From: Ascoidea asiatica JCM 7603
Taxonomy: Eukaryota > Fungi > Ascomycota
NCBI GenBank assembly: GCA_001600695.1
Contig: BCKQ01000015.1
Span: forward strand, 196,552 to 260,551
DNA length: 64,000 nt
Direction: 5' to 3'
Part shown: positions 13,761-26,143 of the stretch, one piece after another
Layout of the letters: each line of letters starts with the position of its first letter
Numbering within the stretch: position 1 is the first letter of the stretch
Notes under the pieces: generated by a model
The model's input: only the letters and a program-made list of their open reading frames with translations
What the model was told of the DNA's origin: nothing
The model's database searches: none
Made by a program: the position numbers and the translations under genes

Positions 13761-14808
13761 CTAAGTTTCATCAATTAACTGGATGGCTGCAACTGTAATT
13801 GTAACATTGTTACAAGCACCAAACTCAATGTAATATTGAATTATGCGGAGAGAATCGAGGACATCCCTTAACGTTGCAGCTTGATTGTATAGCATCCGAT
13901 TATGGTCACAATGATCAAAGTTGAAACGGTGATAATTAGGGGTGAAACAATCTGGAGTTGCACCTAGTTTCTCATTTAATAGACAATCATAATGTTCTCG
14001 TCTGAATTTTTGTTTCTCCTTCTCAAAACTATCAACAACGCTATTCATTCTTTTGTTTCCTTGCATGAAAGACCTGCCTCTAGTGATAAAGTTTGCATAT
14101 TTTTTGAATTGAAGTTTGTTATAAATGGAATATTTAGATATGATGATATTAAAATGCTTAGTGGAGACTGTTTTTTCAAATCATACTCTTCAATGATCTT
14201 TCATTTGATCAGGCTAAATCAGGATTTGAATGACTGTATCCCGATCATTGAAGAGAGTCTGATCGAGCCTGCTGTTCAAGGCTTTCAGCTTTTTTTTTTT
14301 AATAGTAGTACTAGTGATTGTTAGAGGTTCAGAAGTTTCAACATTGAAACTATTATGAGGATCTTTTTTATTTAAAATCGAGTACTCTAGTTTGTAGTTA
14401 AAATAACTAGGAATGACTTTAATGGCAAAAAATGAGTAAATGGCATTTGAGTGATTTTCTGTTTGCGGCATGTTTAATGAATTTAGTAACAACATGTGAA
14501 TCAAATAGTTCAATAGAAAATAGTAATAACGATATGCGTTGTTGATAAGTTTTATAAGTACAATGAGCATGTTATGTAATATATGTTTTATCCGAAGTAT
14601 TAACATTTTCGGTTTTGGGGCTTAATTCAGATTCGTAGGTACAATTGTATTTACAGGACGAAATATATTTTAGCGATCTATCCCAAAAGAATTCTGTTTC
14701 TGAGATTTCAACAATTCGGCTCCCTTTTAAGAGTAATTCTATATAAGGCAAGATGTTAACAACAATTAACAATAATAATTGGACTAAAAATAGTAATACC
14801 AAAATCAT
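13761..14808 (-). pseudogene. Degenerate unknown ORF, possibly with an N-terminal hydrophobic segment
   Basis: Chain of three short minus-strand ORFs in different frames. No recognisable motif. Confidence 0.3.
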
Positions 14809-16049
14809 TGTTTTTAATAACGCAATTTAATAAAAAACAGTGAGTAAGCGCACCTTATTTTTGGACAGGAAGCTATAATAAAAAGAGTGACAATTTGCAG
14901 AACGGCAGATCTGAGCATTGACTTTGAAGGCAGAATCTTGCTAGACGCGGGATTACACTACCCCTGCCATATCTGAGTACATATAATGTGATAACTAAAA
15001 CAATACCACTCCGAGTATACACGTAGTTATGGATAGAGACTCTAATCTATAGTGATTGGGTACAAGCTTCGTTTCCGAGCTTGTTGCGGTATTTACTTGT
15101 TTCCGTAATCAACTCTGCACTTTTGCTCCAATAGGTTTACGGGAAAATTGAGACTCTCGAAGGGTTTCATAACACACTTATTGACGAATGTTGAAAGTCA
15201 GTGGATTCTGTAACCTTATTCTTGGGTATTATTCAGTTTCATCTCATTCATCATCATAGAGGATGCAAGACGCTAAAGCGACATGTAGCTGGTGTAGGGC
15301 CGAATGCTAAATCTCAGGTACGCCTATTTCAGGAAACCCTCTACAAGAAGTAAGCCGGTTGAATGTTAACAGCCCTTTTGAGGCATCAGTTTGAAAGGGG
15401 GGCTGCGAGTTGTTTATTAATGAGGTACTAATTAATTGTTTACAGATAGTTTTTCTAGTTCAGTTGATCTTCGCTAGCCCTGACTTTATTGGGATTTGTT
15501 TTCGCGACCTCTGTCACGTTATTATTCAACAAATTGGCCCTGCTTTAAAACCTTGATTCACACACACACACTATTTTTGGTGTACCAAATTTCACGGTCT
15601 AAGAGATATTCCCAGATCATAAATTATTGGACACTAATGTCCGACAGCAGAAGACATATTGCTACAGTTTACCTTGAAGGATGGTGGTCTATGTAACCAA
15701 AATTTAGTGTAAGCGGGTGATTTAACTCATGTGAGCTTGCTCCCGAATGCCGTCACGGGTCTTGGATGACCGTTCCCCTGATGGCCACCGATAATCCCTT
15801 TTTTTATATTCCAATCTTTTCATTGTATCCCCTTATAAAGAAAAGGAGGACAACGACTTAAGTAAGACACATCAATCTAGAAAGTCATTAAAAGCAGAGT
15901 GGAAGTTAAGATGTTCGCCCGAACGTATTTAGGTTTAGGAACAGAATTAAAAAAAAACACAAATTTGGTACTTCCAAATCAGGGATCAGGCATTTCTTGG
16001 TACCCAAACTTATTCGATTGGCTCGAGAACCATATGCGCGGAATGTGAG

Positions 16050-17760
16050 AGGACTGTCTGCACAAATGCTTCTTTCATCATTTTTGACTTCAGAAACTAC
16101 AATCGGGCATTTGAGAACCCATTAATAATTTTGGTGTTATTGCTATTAACAAGTTGCCTCCCTTTTTTTTGTTTTTTTAATTTTGTTTTGTTAATTATTT
16201 TGATATAACTTTCTATCAGGTTCTCATCCGATATTTTTTGCGTGTTTCATTTTGCTTTTTCGATACGTGTTTTACCCTTTTTGGGTTGTTTAATACGGCT
16301 TTGCATCAGTTTTATATCGCATATTATTTCAGTGTTGTACTCGTTTTTTTGCTACATAGTAGTATCGAGTTCTTATGGGTTTATATGTCCGATTTTTTAC
16401 TTCACATTTATGCTAGACTTTTGTATCATTCCCTTTTTATAAAAATACGTTTGTATCCCTTGTATTTCTGCTACTTAGGTAAGCTCAGATTTTGTCTAAT
16501 ATCCTTTTTTAATTTGTATTTGTTTAATGTATATTTATTATCCAAATCCATATCTAAATGTGAATCATTGAAAGTATTACATGACCAAGTTTACGCTTTG
16601 ATATCAGAATATGGAAAGAAATTCCAAAAATAGTCACATATTGTTCCGAGAACTCAAGTCTAAAGGCCTAAATTTGTAGCTTATTGCCTTCAAGTCAACA
16701 TTTATTTCGCAATTCGAATAAAGCTAACGGCAATCATTTTGCAATTAATTTTTGTTTTTCAAAGCCGAATTGTTAGTTGCATATACAGAGAACACCTTTT
16801 ATATATGGGAGATAATCAATTTTTATAAGACTATTTCAATGCTTTAAAAACGGTAAATCAATTAGATCCCTCTGAAATTCAAATGTTGAAACATAAGAAA
16901 TATAATTCAACGATTAATTTAGCTTTTGACAGTCAGATTCAATCAGCAAAGTTTGGATTTATTTTACATTCAGTTTTAATTCCTACCAACTGAAATCAAT
17001 CAAATTATCAAAAAGGAATTTCTGAAATTATTTGCCAAATAATCCTAGAGCTTCATAAATATAGCTTAAGAAATCTAACATTAAGTGAACTTATCAATTC
17101 TCATAATCAAAACTTGAATAACCTTGAAACCACAACAATGGAACTAAAAATCATTACTCAAAAAGGTATTACCTCATCAACTAGTAATATTTTCAAAAAT
17201 GCGCTTTCGGAAGAAATCGGATGTCTTACCTGTCTTGCCCGCGTTCTCGTATAACAAACTTTAATTAATAAAATTTACTATAAGAAAGCCAAATCGATAA
17301 TCGGAAAAATTAAAATGGATCCAACAAATTACACTGATAATGATTTACGCGTTTTCCTTGTTGATTCGAATGGGCAGGTTTTATCCAAAATGGAATTATG
17401 GAACACAATTAAAAGTAAATAGCACAATATTTCCAAAGCGATGTTTGAAAAAATATTTCCTAAATTTCATCTAGTGATTGAACTTTTATCAGAGTCTGAT
17501 TCTGATGATCTTCCTATTCTAAATTATTTCAATTTCTTCTTTTTATTACCAGTTATTATTATTTTTAAAGACTAGTGATTACCATTTATTAGTCTTTATT
17601 AGTCTTTATTATTCTATATTACTATATTGTACATTGTTTTTTATTAGAATATGCCACAAACATCTTATTTTTTTATTATAATTTTACTTTTATTTTTCTA
17701 TCATCGCCAATTATCTACTCTAATAAGTATATTAAGGTTCTTTTTATTTTTATTTGACTC
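16050..17760 (+). mobile_element. Repeat module copy 1: post-integrase-like segment, 30-bp array and degenerate orphan ORF (~16550-17560)
   Basis: Colinear with 45590-47260. Translation IWKEIPKIV...NHFAI...YMGDN...LNNLETTTMELKII...MDPTNYT is conserved in both copies, with stops and frameshifts. Confidence 0.8.
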
Positions 17761-17832
17761 AAATCTCTGTAATAGTTTCTTTGTAGAAAATATTTGACTC
17801 CAACCATGACATCAACCATGATATTGAGGAGA

Positions 17833-18213
17833 TGTTTGATTTGAAGTAAATTCACTGATTTTGAATAAGTATTATCCGCTAGTAGAAACATGCGACTCTA
17901 CATAATTGGCACCAATATCACCAGGTTCTACAGCTTAAATTTGTTCAAATGAAGTAGGTTAAAGTAAATTTTCTTTCTACCGAATTTATTTATACTGCGT
18001 TATAGCTCCTACGTGTCACGACTACGTCAATGAGCATGAAAGTCATAGCACCTAATATTAGTAAATGACAGTCATATACCAGTAAAAATGGTTAGTTAAA
18101 GTTTTTACTCAATTACGTAATGATCATTAACAAATTATGCAATTCACTAAATTCAGAAAATGCTTCAAATCAAATTTTTTGAAACATTTTAACATTGTTT
18201 TCTACTTTCAACA
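17833..18213 (+). repeat. Candidate 3' LTR preceded by a polypurine tract
   Basis: GAGGAGA (17826-17832) directly followed by TGTTTGA. Candidate end TTTCAACA at 18213. Confidence 0.45.
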
Positions 18214-18249
18214 TTTTTTATAATACAGTATAATCTCATTGAATGATAG

Positions 18250-20724
18250 TATGGTGCGCATTAAAATACACTCGTACTCGAAAAAATCCGTTCCGCCCAG
18301 TCCGGGCGCTAATTACCCTTTAACGCGATCGTTTCATAGTAGTTTACCCTCAGAACCAGAGTACAGTGAAGTGCATGTTCATACCATTCAAAATATTATA
18401 AGGTACATCCTGTTTTTAAGACACGTCACTAAAAACCTATCAGTAGAAGATTAGTTGTCTTGTTTCGCTAACACATATTTATCAACTGATACTAAAGGCA
18501 AAGACTTGCTTATGAAAATATCAAAACCTTCCAAAAGACTCTTACTGCAAAACAGAAATGCTTAACAAGAAACAAGCTATGGAAAGCTAATATAAAACAA
18601 TAACTCTTAAGCCACTTGAGGAGGAATTACAATTATTCTCCTTATTGTTTTTTCACATCGACCATTGTATCGTCAAAAAGTAAAGCAAGATGTTTAATTT
18701 GTAACTCAATATGTATTTACTACAGACATATATCAAATTTAATAAAACACCTAAAATCGCCTAAAATAGCTAAAATTAATTACAAAGATGAACTAGCAAA
18801 AAGAAGCCTAACTGCGCAACAAACTGTCAGCGTTTTAAATTTATTAAATTATCAGATTAAACCGTAAGCTTCATTTGCAAAAGAAACACTTGATTCACTA
18901 TTGTGCTAATTTATTGTTTCAGTAAAAAACTCTTTTCGAATCTGAACTAACCCTTATTTTAAAGGGTGCATAAATTGCATGTTAGATTCAGCTAATTGTG
19001 CATACACTGAACTCCGACCGGTACAATGTTCTTCATTAATCACAGCTATTAAATCCAAATTATTTACTGAAATATGTACATTTATAAAGGCTAATAAATT
19101 ATCATTTAGCTTAACCAGTAACGAATGGTCATCAGCTGACTCGACCTCTTACATGGGCATAGTGATTCATGTAATTCTTAAAGAAAATTCTGACCTGGAC
19201 GGTTGCCACTGTCTAATGGTTAGGTACTTGCTGAAGTTATGATTCATAAATGACCGACGCTTTCATTATTTAATCTGAACCGAAAAGCTGCGTTAGCTTC
19301 TAGTGCTGGTTTAACTAGTGCGAATGCATCAAAAAATCGATCCATCGTAGCCTCTATTGTTCAACTATGGGATACATCTGATAGTCAATCAAACAATATT
19401 CCATGTTTATGTCATGTTATAAATCTTGTTGTTCAAGACTTTTTTACAAATTTGAACATTCGCTTGTATGAAGATGGCGCAGACCCAGCTTTAGCTTAGA
19501 AGCTATTTTACAACCTAATTTACCGTTGGATGCTAACAACATGGCCAAAACGATACACATGTTAGCTCAGTGCTTGAAAGGACAGCAGGGTAAAAATATC
19601 TCGGAAATATGCTTCAAAGAAAATAGTGGTATTAACTGCAATTTGAGTGAGGATGTTAAAACTAGATGGAATAGCACCTATAAAATGTTACAAGCTTTCA
19701 TTGATCTAAGACGGGCTATTCTTCAAACTTTCCAGGAAGATTCAGTAATAAAAATTTTGATGTCTAGAGGATACGAGTCTGTTTAGAATCAAAAGGAAAT
19801 AAATTTTATTGCAGCTGAGGCAATTATTAAAGTTTTAGAACAATTCAATAGCATTACTCTGGGTGCCTCGAACCAAAACATTCCAACTATTTGAAACTAT
19901 ATTTGATGGTTCCAAATGATTGGCATTCACAGATAGAAGCCAAAACCAATATATGGAGCATAATCTACTCTATAATAGAAAACAGCTTAGGGATGGCCAA
20001 TTTGATTCTATGGTAAAGAAATATAAAAAACATTCCACCGTTCTTGCAAAAAAAGCCACTATTATTTGCCGCACCCTACTTCCTTGCAGTGAATAGCCAG
20101 GATTTATGTGAGATCCAAATTAATCAAGCAGGGAAATGGATACAAAAAGAAATAGGAGATATTGGTTAGCTGAATCACCAAGTGGTTGGTGAAAAATAGA
20201 AAAGTAAAACTTGACGCATTTGCCTTAATATATAATTTTGATGGCTTTGAGTGCTGTAGTGCCGACATTAACGATAGATGAATAAGTTTGGTTTTTTGGG
20301 GAGCTGGTAGCATTGATCATGAATTTATTGAATATGAAAGACTGCTTAAGGCTTCAGTCGAGTCATTTTTATTGTCTAACCAAAATGATGAATATTCATT
20401 GTTGGTTAATACAAGATGTATAGTTTGGTAGAATTGTTTTGAACGTGCTGTACGTAAATTATTTGCAGTTGTTCAAAAGGTTGGTTGTACATACTGTAGC
20501 TGCGTATCAAGTAAACCATATTTTTCATTGGCAGGTAAAATTGAAGAACCGGAGGCGAACGGATTATCCCCTCTCGCTTGGAAGATATTTTAAAGAGCTA
20601 TCATTTGCCCCTGCCTTTGACGAGTTTGTTTGTAGTCAAAGTGATGTCGTCCGCGTTTCCTACTATCATTAAATAAATATCAATAAGTACCTCAAAAAAA
20701 GTATTGGAATTAATGCGTAAGCTG
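18250..20724 (+). mobile_element. hAT DNA transposon relic
   Basis: BED Zn finger ARCLICN...NLIKHL, SLTSNEWSS (decayed first catalytic Asp), PCLCHVINLVVQDF (CxxH), DVKTRWNSTYKML and C-terminal FSLAG. Weak terminal inverted similarity GCGCATTAA / TTAATGCG. Confidence 0.88.
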
Positions 20725-21849
20725 ACATTGCTTTCTTTAGTTTAGTAAAGTCTAATAACCTTATTTTTGGTTAAATCAGCCGAGCTTGAAAAGGGATTAC
20801 CGTTCTGAAAAATACTTCCCTAAAAACCTACAACCTGGAACAGGGGCCTCCCGCCAGGTACCACCCAAGGCCAACTGATGTTTCCTTAAAGATTTATACC
20901 TCTGGCTGGTGCGTCTCTGGATCTACGCATATCTGTAAATGTAAGAAGGGGACGGTAGCTCTCAACCGCTTTCTAACTTAAACGCTTTGTAATGCGCCGT
21001 ATATGGTATTGCGCCTCAAAGAGGTTGAATTTTAGCGACCCGTAATCCTGATTTTTCGAATATCACAAAGTATGTGGAAGTTATTTTGACCTTATTCTGG
21101 ACTATGTGCAGTGGTACCCGCAGTTTCTTGTCTTAAAGAAACTGCAGTAGCAAGCGGGTAAGAGTACCGACTCCTACGTATTTTTTGGCCAAAAATAATA
21201 GCAAAAGAGCTAAATCTAATACAAACATTGGGTAAAATAATAATTGAAACAAAAAGATTACTAATAATATAATTTGCATAGCCTTACTTTTTGCCAGGTT
21301 TTCATTTCATATCCTGGGATTATTGCTTGCTACTATTAAAGCAGTTTGTACACCAAATTGTTATATTGTGTTTTAAGTTGCTTCAGCAAGATATTGCACA
21401 TAGCTTTATTATTTGAGTGCTGTTAAATATTTTAATATAATAGTATTCTACAAATAACAAATATATTAGATTGTGCCTTATCAATTTCAACTATTTATTT
21501 ACAACACTCTTAAACTAATATATAAAAATTTAGTATTATTCTATCCAGACCTTTTAAATAAATATCTCTACAATATAATATTAAATAAATTCTAATAAAT
21601 TCGATTAAAGTTTAATTATTGTACTCTCCAGATAGTTAAATTGTACACAACAAAGATACATATTCATCGTAATTTGGCATAACCTAAATTAATTCGAAGT
21701 GATCATTTTTGCATTATTTCAAGCATGCAGTATTATCACTTCAAGACCATAATATGTATTGAATCCTTATTCTTGGAAATCAGTTTTGCAATTAATAAAT
21801 AAGATAAGTAAACTCAACAAAGTACTAAAACATTTTCAATTTTAAGGTT

Positions 21850-24400
21850 AATAGGTTTGGAGTTAAAATCACCTAAACATTTCGAGAAATCTCGAATGGT
21901 TTACGAAATAACCGATGATTTCATGAACTCATATACAGCATCCAATAAAAAAATGCTTGAACAAGTTAAAGGATCCAAAGCGAAACCTATTAAACAACAG
22001 TCAAAAACCTACCATAAAAAATTTACATATTTGGATACTCATCGGAAGTCTGGTAAACTATCTATGAAGCGAATATACTCTGGGTCTGCAGATAAACTAG
22101 CTGCATTCTTTGAATTTATTATTCAAGGGTCGTTGTGATGTTAACACGGGATTCTGGAGAGATACAAGAACATTTCATGCATACTTTCTTTATTCACCAT
22201 CCATTTAGTCGGATGTATGTGGTCTAATTAAGTTGTACAATCACCCGAAAATTAGAATGACTGACGAAATACAATATCATCCTATTTTTACCCACCCAAC
22301 ATCATATAAATTATTAATTCCAAGAAAAAAAACATTCAAATCAATGATTTAACTTTCACGATTTACAGTTTTTGAAATAAACCATCAAGGCTTTCTGTAA
22401 AAACGTTATCGATTACAGAAAAATTAGATATAATAAGGTCAGCAATATCAACACTCTCTGCCACATCCTTTAAAACTGGTTTTATAAGAAATCCTTCAAT
22501 GAATACTTGCCCATGTATGCAAATCGTAAAAACGTTGTAGTTTCCTTCTTTATCTGTGGATAATATCAATGATTCACATTATTCAATGGCTTGTTTCATC
22601 TCCAAATTCACAGATCAAAAAGAAACCAGTCCAATAAGGTCCCAAGCCTGCTAACGCTTTGTCATAAGTATTTACTATGTTACTGAATATTTTGATTGGG
22701 TTTAAATTTATTCAACAGATTTAATATTTCAAAAGAAGCTGAAACCACTTTTATTGCCTAATAATTATTTTACAGTAAAGCTCCTGAGCAGAACTGAGGG
22801 TCTTCCAAAACTTATCTTAAAGATGCAACTATTGATGACATGATTCGGACTTTCTTTCACGGTTTGAATTAGAAGAAAAAAAAACAATATGCCCATATTG
22901 CAATTACAATATCCGTTAATTAGCTTCTAAAGGTGGAAGTTTTCTATCCCAATTGCTCGTTTAGGATTATGGATTGATAGCTATCGTGGAGCCTTAATGT
23001 GAGCTTACAAAAAATTGCAACCGCCGAATGCTTTTAAGGTAACGGCAGGATTTACAGTGCGTGAATACTATTTTACCCCCTCACTGCAATGTGCGTTCCC
23101 ATAAATCTAAAAAAAAAAATATCGTGATTCAACTATGCATATGCAGAGGCTATTCGCAAAAATAAGCTATTTCATTTTACTTCTAGTACAACCAGATTGG
23201 ATGGTTTTACGAAATCTGTATCCAATGAAAATTCCGAAGCGGATTATAATTTTGATGATAATTTGAAAACCAAATTAAAATAGAGACAAATTGAGGCTAA
23301 TGAATAAACAAATGATTCTATGTTTTCTAGATGCTGCTCAACATCTATAAACAAAAGGGCGGCCATTACTCAATTCATTCAGGAATTAAGGTATTCAATA
23401 AATGATTTACAGTGTACCACAAACAATGCTCCGTAAGTGGCAGATCTATGGACTAGATAAGCTAACTCGAAAACAAAAAACAGAAACGGAAAAACATTTG
23501 TTGACTTAAAAGTGATCGATGTGATCAACGCTTAGGACCTTATTAGAAATATTCTTTTACAAGATATTGTGCTTTTACTTTTCACCTTGGAATTACACCC
23601 AATTGAAATCTATATTCATTTTTCAATATAATATGTTTTACAGAAGGAATTTGAATAATTCAAATTAATTGTAAAAACAAATTTCGAAGAGGGCATTAAA
23701 ATTGTTGAAAATCAATTATCTTCTCGTAATTGGCATTAATCATTTAGTCATATAAATTCAGTCAATTAAAAGAGGAATAGCTAAAATGCAACTTACAAGG
23801 TTAGCATCTCAGAAATTACAGAGAATGGAAATAATATTATTATTATCAATCTATTGATTGACCAATTCAAGCATTTCATTCAAAAGGAAAACTTATGAAT
23901 GGAAGAAGTAATAAATAAGAAAAGCAGGTTTTCGCTGCCTTCGAAAATTATAAAACCAATCAAACCTCTACAAGACACACCGGTGCAAGAATTAGCGGCA
24001 ATAGCAGCTTTTCCCAATACTGCTAAAAACATCATCTTAGGTTTAGCTTGTTAACAGAAAGTTTAGGAAAGACTTGTAAATTTGTGGGTATTATTCATGC
24101 ATTGCAGCATGGTATTCAATACGAAATTCCTACAATTAATTAGGTTAAAAGAAAGTTTTCCCTAGGTATCTTTAGGAGGCTGGAGAGCCTCGGGACTTCT
24201 GAAGTTTCTAGAAGACTAGAATCAACTGACACACAGTATAAGCTTTTCTTGAAATAAGAGAAAACAAAAGATGAATAGAAAAGATATTGCAAAAGGTTCA
24301 ACTAATATGGAAACGACTAAAACCAGATTATTCAAAAACGCTGAACAGAAATGTGTAGATATTCCCTTAAACTCTTTGGATTAATGTTAAAGATATATAT
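21850..24400 (+). mobile_element. Crypton-like tyrosine-recombinase element relic 1 (Ndc10 domain II type)
   Basis: Fragments IARLGLWIDSYRGALM*AYKKLQPPNAFKVTAGF (22950-23055) and LIRNILLQDIVLL (23540-23580) match the NDC10_II/CryptonF signatures GxW...Y...AGF and LRxxxLQD. Many stops. Confidence 0.72.
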
Positions 24401-26143
24401 ATTTTTAACTTGTTCCTAGGTTTTGACCAAATCAAATACTTTATTAGTTATTAACATTATAAAATTTATTAATTCTTTGATTTGATAATTTAATTACATA
24501 ACTTGACAGTCTGCCTGTGCGTTCGAATCACAACCATAATATCATTGTTCAAGTTTGACCCTATTTCAATTAAGGAAGCAACAGTTCCTTTTAACCTTAA
24601 CTCTTTTTGAACGTCAAATCTTTAATTAAATTTTGTGAGACTCAAATAAAAGATTATCGTGAATTACCAATACACTACCAAACAAATTCATTATTGGGAG
24701 GACAGATAAAATCAACCAACAAAGAGATACTGCAAAACAGTTGCTTATATACAGGTTTTCACCATTATTTAAAATAAACCAAGAAATCAAATTTAATATG
24801 GTTTATGCTGATTGTGGGGAATTGAATTTAGTGAGTTACAATTGATTGAATAGTTTTCTCAAAGGCAATATTAAATTTATATCATTTTTCCTGACGATGC
24901 AAGCAATGCTCAAACCTCCAGACGTTTAGAAAAATAATGATAATTGTAAGGTATATAACCCTAATGAATACTAAAAATATTCTTATTAATCAAGTAAGCA
25001 AGTAACATTAATAGCCCCATTTGAGGAAATGAAATCGTCCCCCGTATTAACCGATATGCCGAGAATCATTTCAAAATTTTTTCATAGTCTCCTATATTGT
25101 GTTGGCATTGGCTAACGCTACAGCGATTTGCCCCAAATGAACTGCAACAATTTTCATCTCTAGCTATTTGATCCTTCTGATCTTTGTGACTTTTTAATGT
25201 TTTCATTAAACGTAGTTTCCATCTGTTCTGTAAAATCTTTAACGTCTTAAATCTTGTTTGTAATTGTTTTGACATTTTTGTTAAACTCCTTAATCTATTT
25301 AGTCGTCTTTTGCAATTTGTTTACTGTTTTGGTAACTATTGCTTTTCAAAATAGCATTATTTTAGAAACCTATTGGCATTATTTTTCTAATGAACATGTC
25401 TTAAAAGCAGATCTAGCTTTTCGCCCTTCTGCTTATTAATTGGATATTTCTATCGTTAAATTTTCACTAGTGTAACTGCCGTGATGTTTGGTACTATTAA
25501 TAGCATGTTTTCCCTACACAAATTAAGAATCTCTTTTTTGATGACTGCAAAAACGGTTCAACTTTCAGCTTCATGTTAATGAAGTGCAGTCCACCGCAAT
25601 TAAACCTTGGCTATTAATTCATTCCAAAATCCTTTTAAAGGCAATTGGGTGTTAATTAAATTTCATTTCAATTTGAATTTGCTGCAAAACAGCTACTTCT
25701 TAAATTAATTTTACACTCTGTAAGCGCGCCCAAACTTTCAATTTTCTCCAACTCAGGTGTTAAACGCGAATACAATGAGAGCTCAAGAATCACAATGTTC
25801 ATCAGGGTCATCCTGTTTTAGCTGGACGGATGATATTATTGTGTGCAATGAGTAATCATTCTTCCATTGCTTTGTTTCTTTTTTTGCTTTTACCAAGTTT
25901 TTGGTAAATAAGTTGAAAATGATTTTATATATACCGAAGATTTGTCCAATCCGTGAACATATATTTATCTGGCGACGCGGTTGGGTTAACCGTCCAATAA
26001 AATAAAGCTGGTTAACATCATGAAGAAAGTATAGCGCCAGTACCTATCTGCTGCGGTTTATATCATCACTATGGAATGTGAGAAAAATAGTTAAACATTG
26101 TTAAGTAGGAGGTAATGCATACCTAAAATGTTCCCAAGTAGTT

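Noticed and set aside
24505-24540. GTTCGAATC B-box as a tRNA
   Set aside because: No cloverleaf or acceptor stem can be formed.
25060-25900. RCSVSQCQHN knuckle-like motif suggesting another transposase
   Set aside because: A single decayed motif without catalytic signatures is insufficient for a call.
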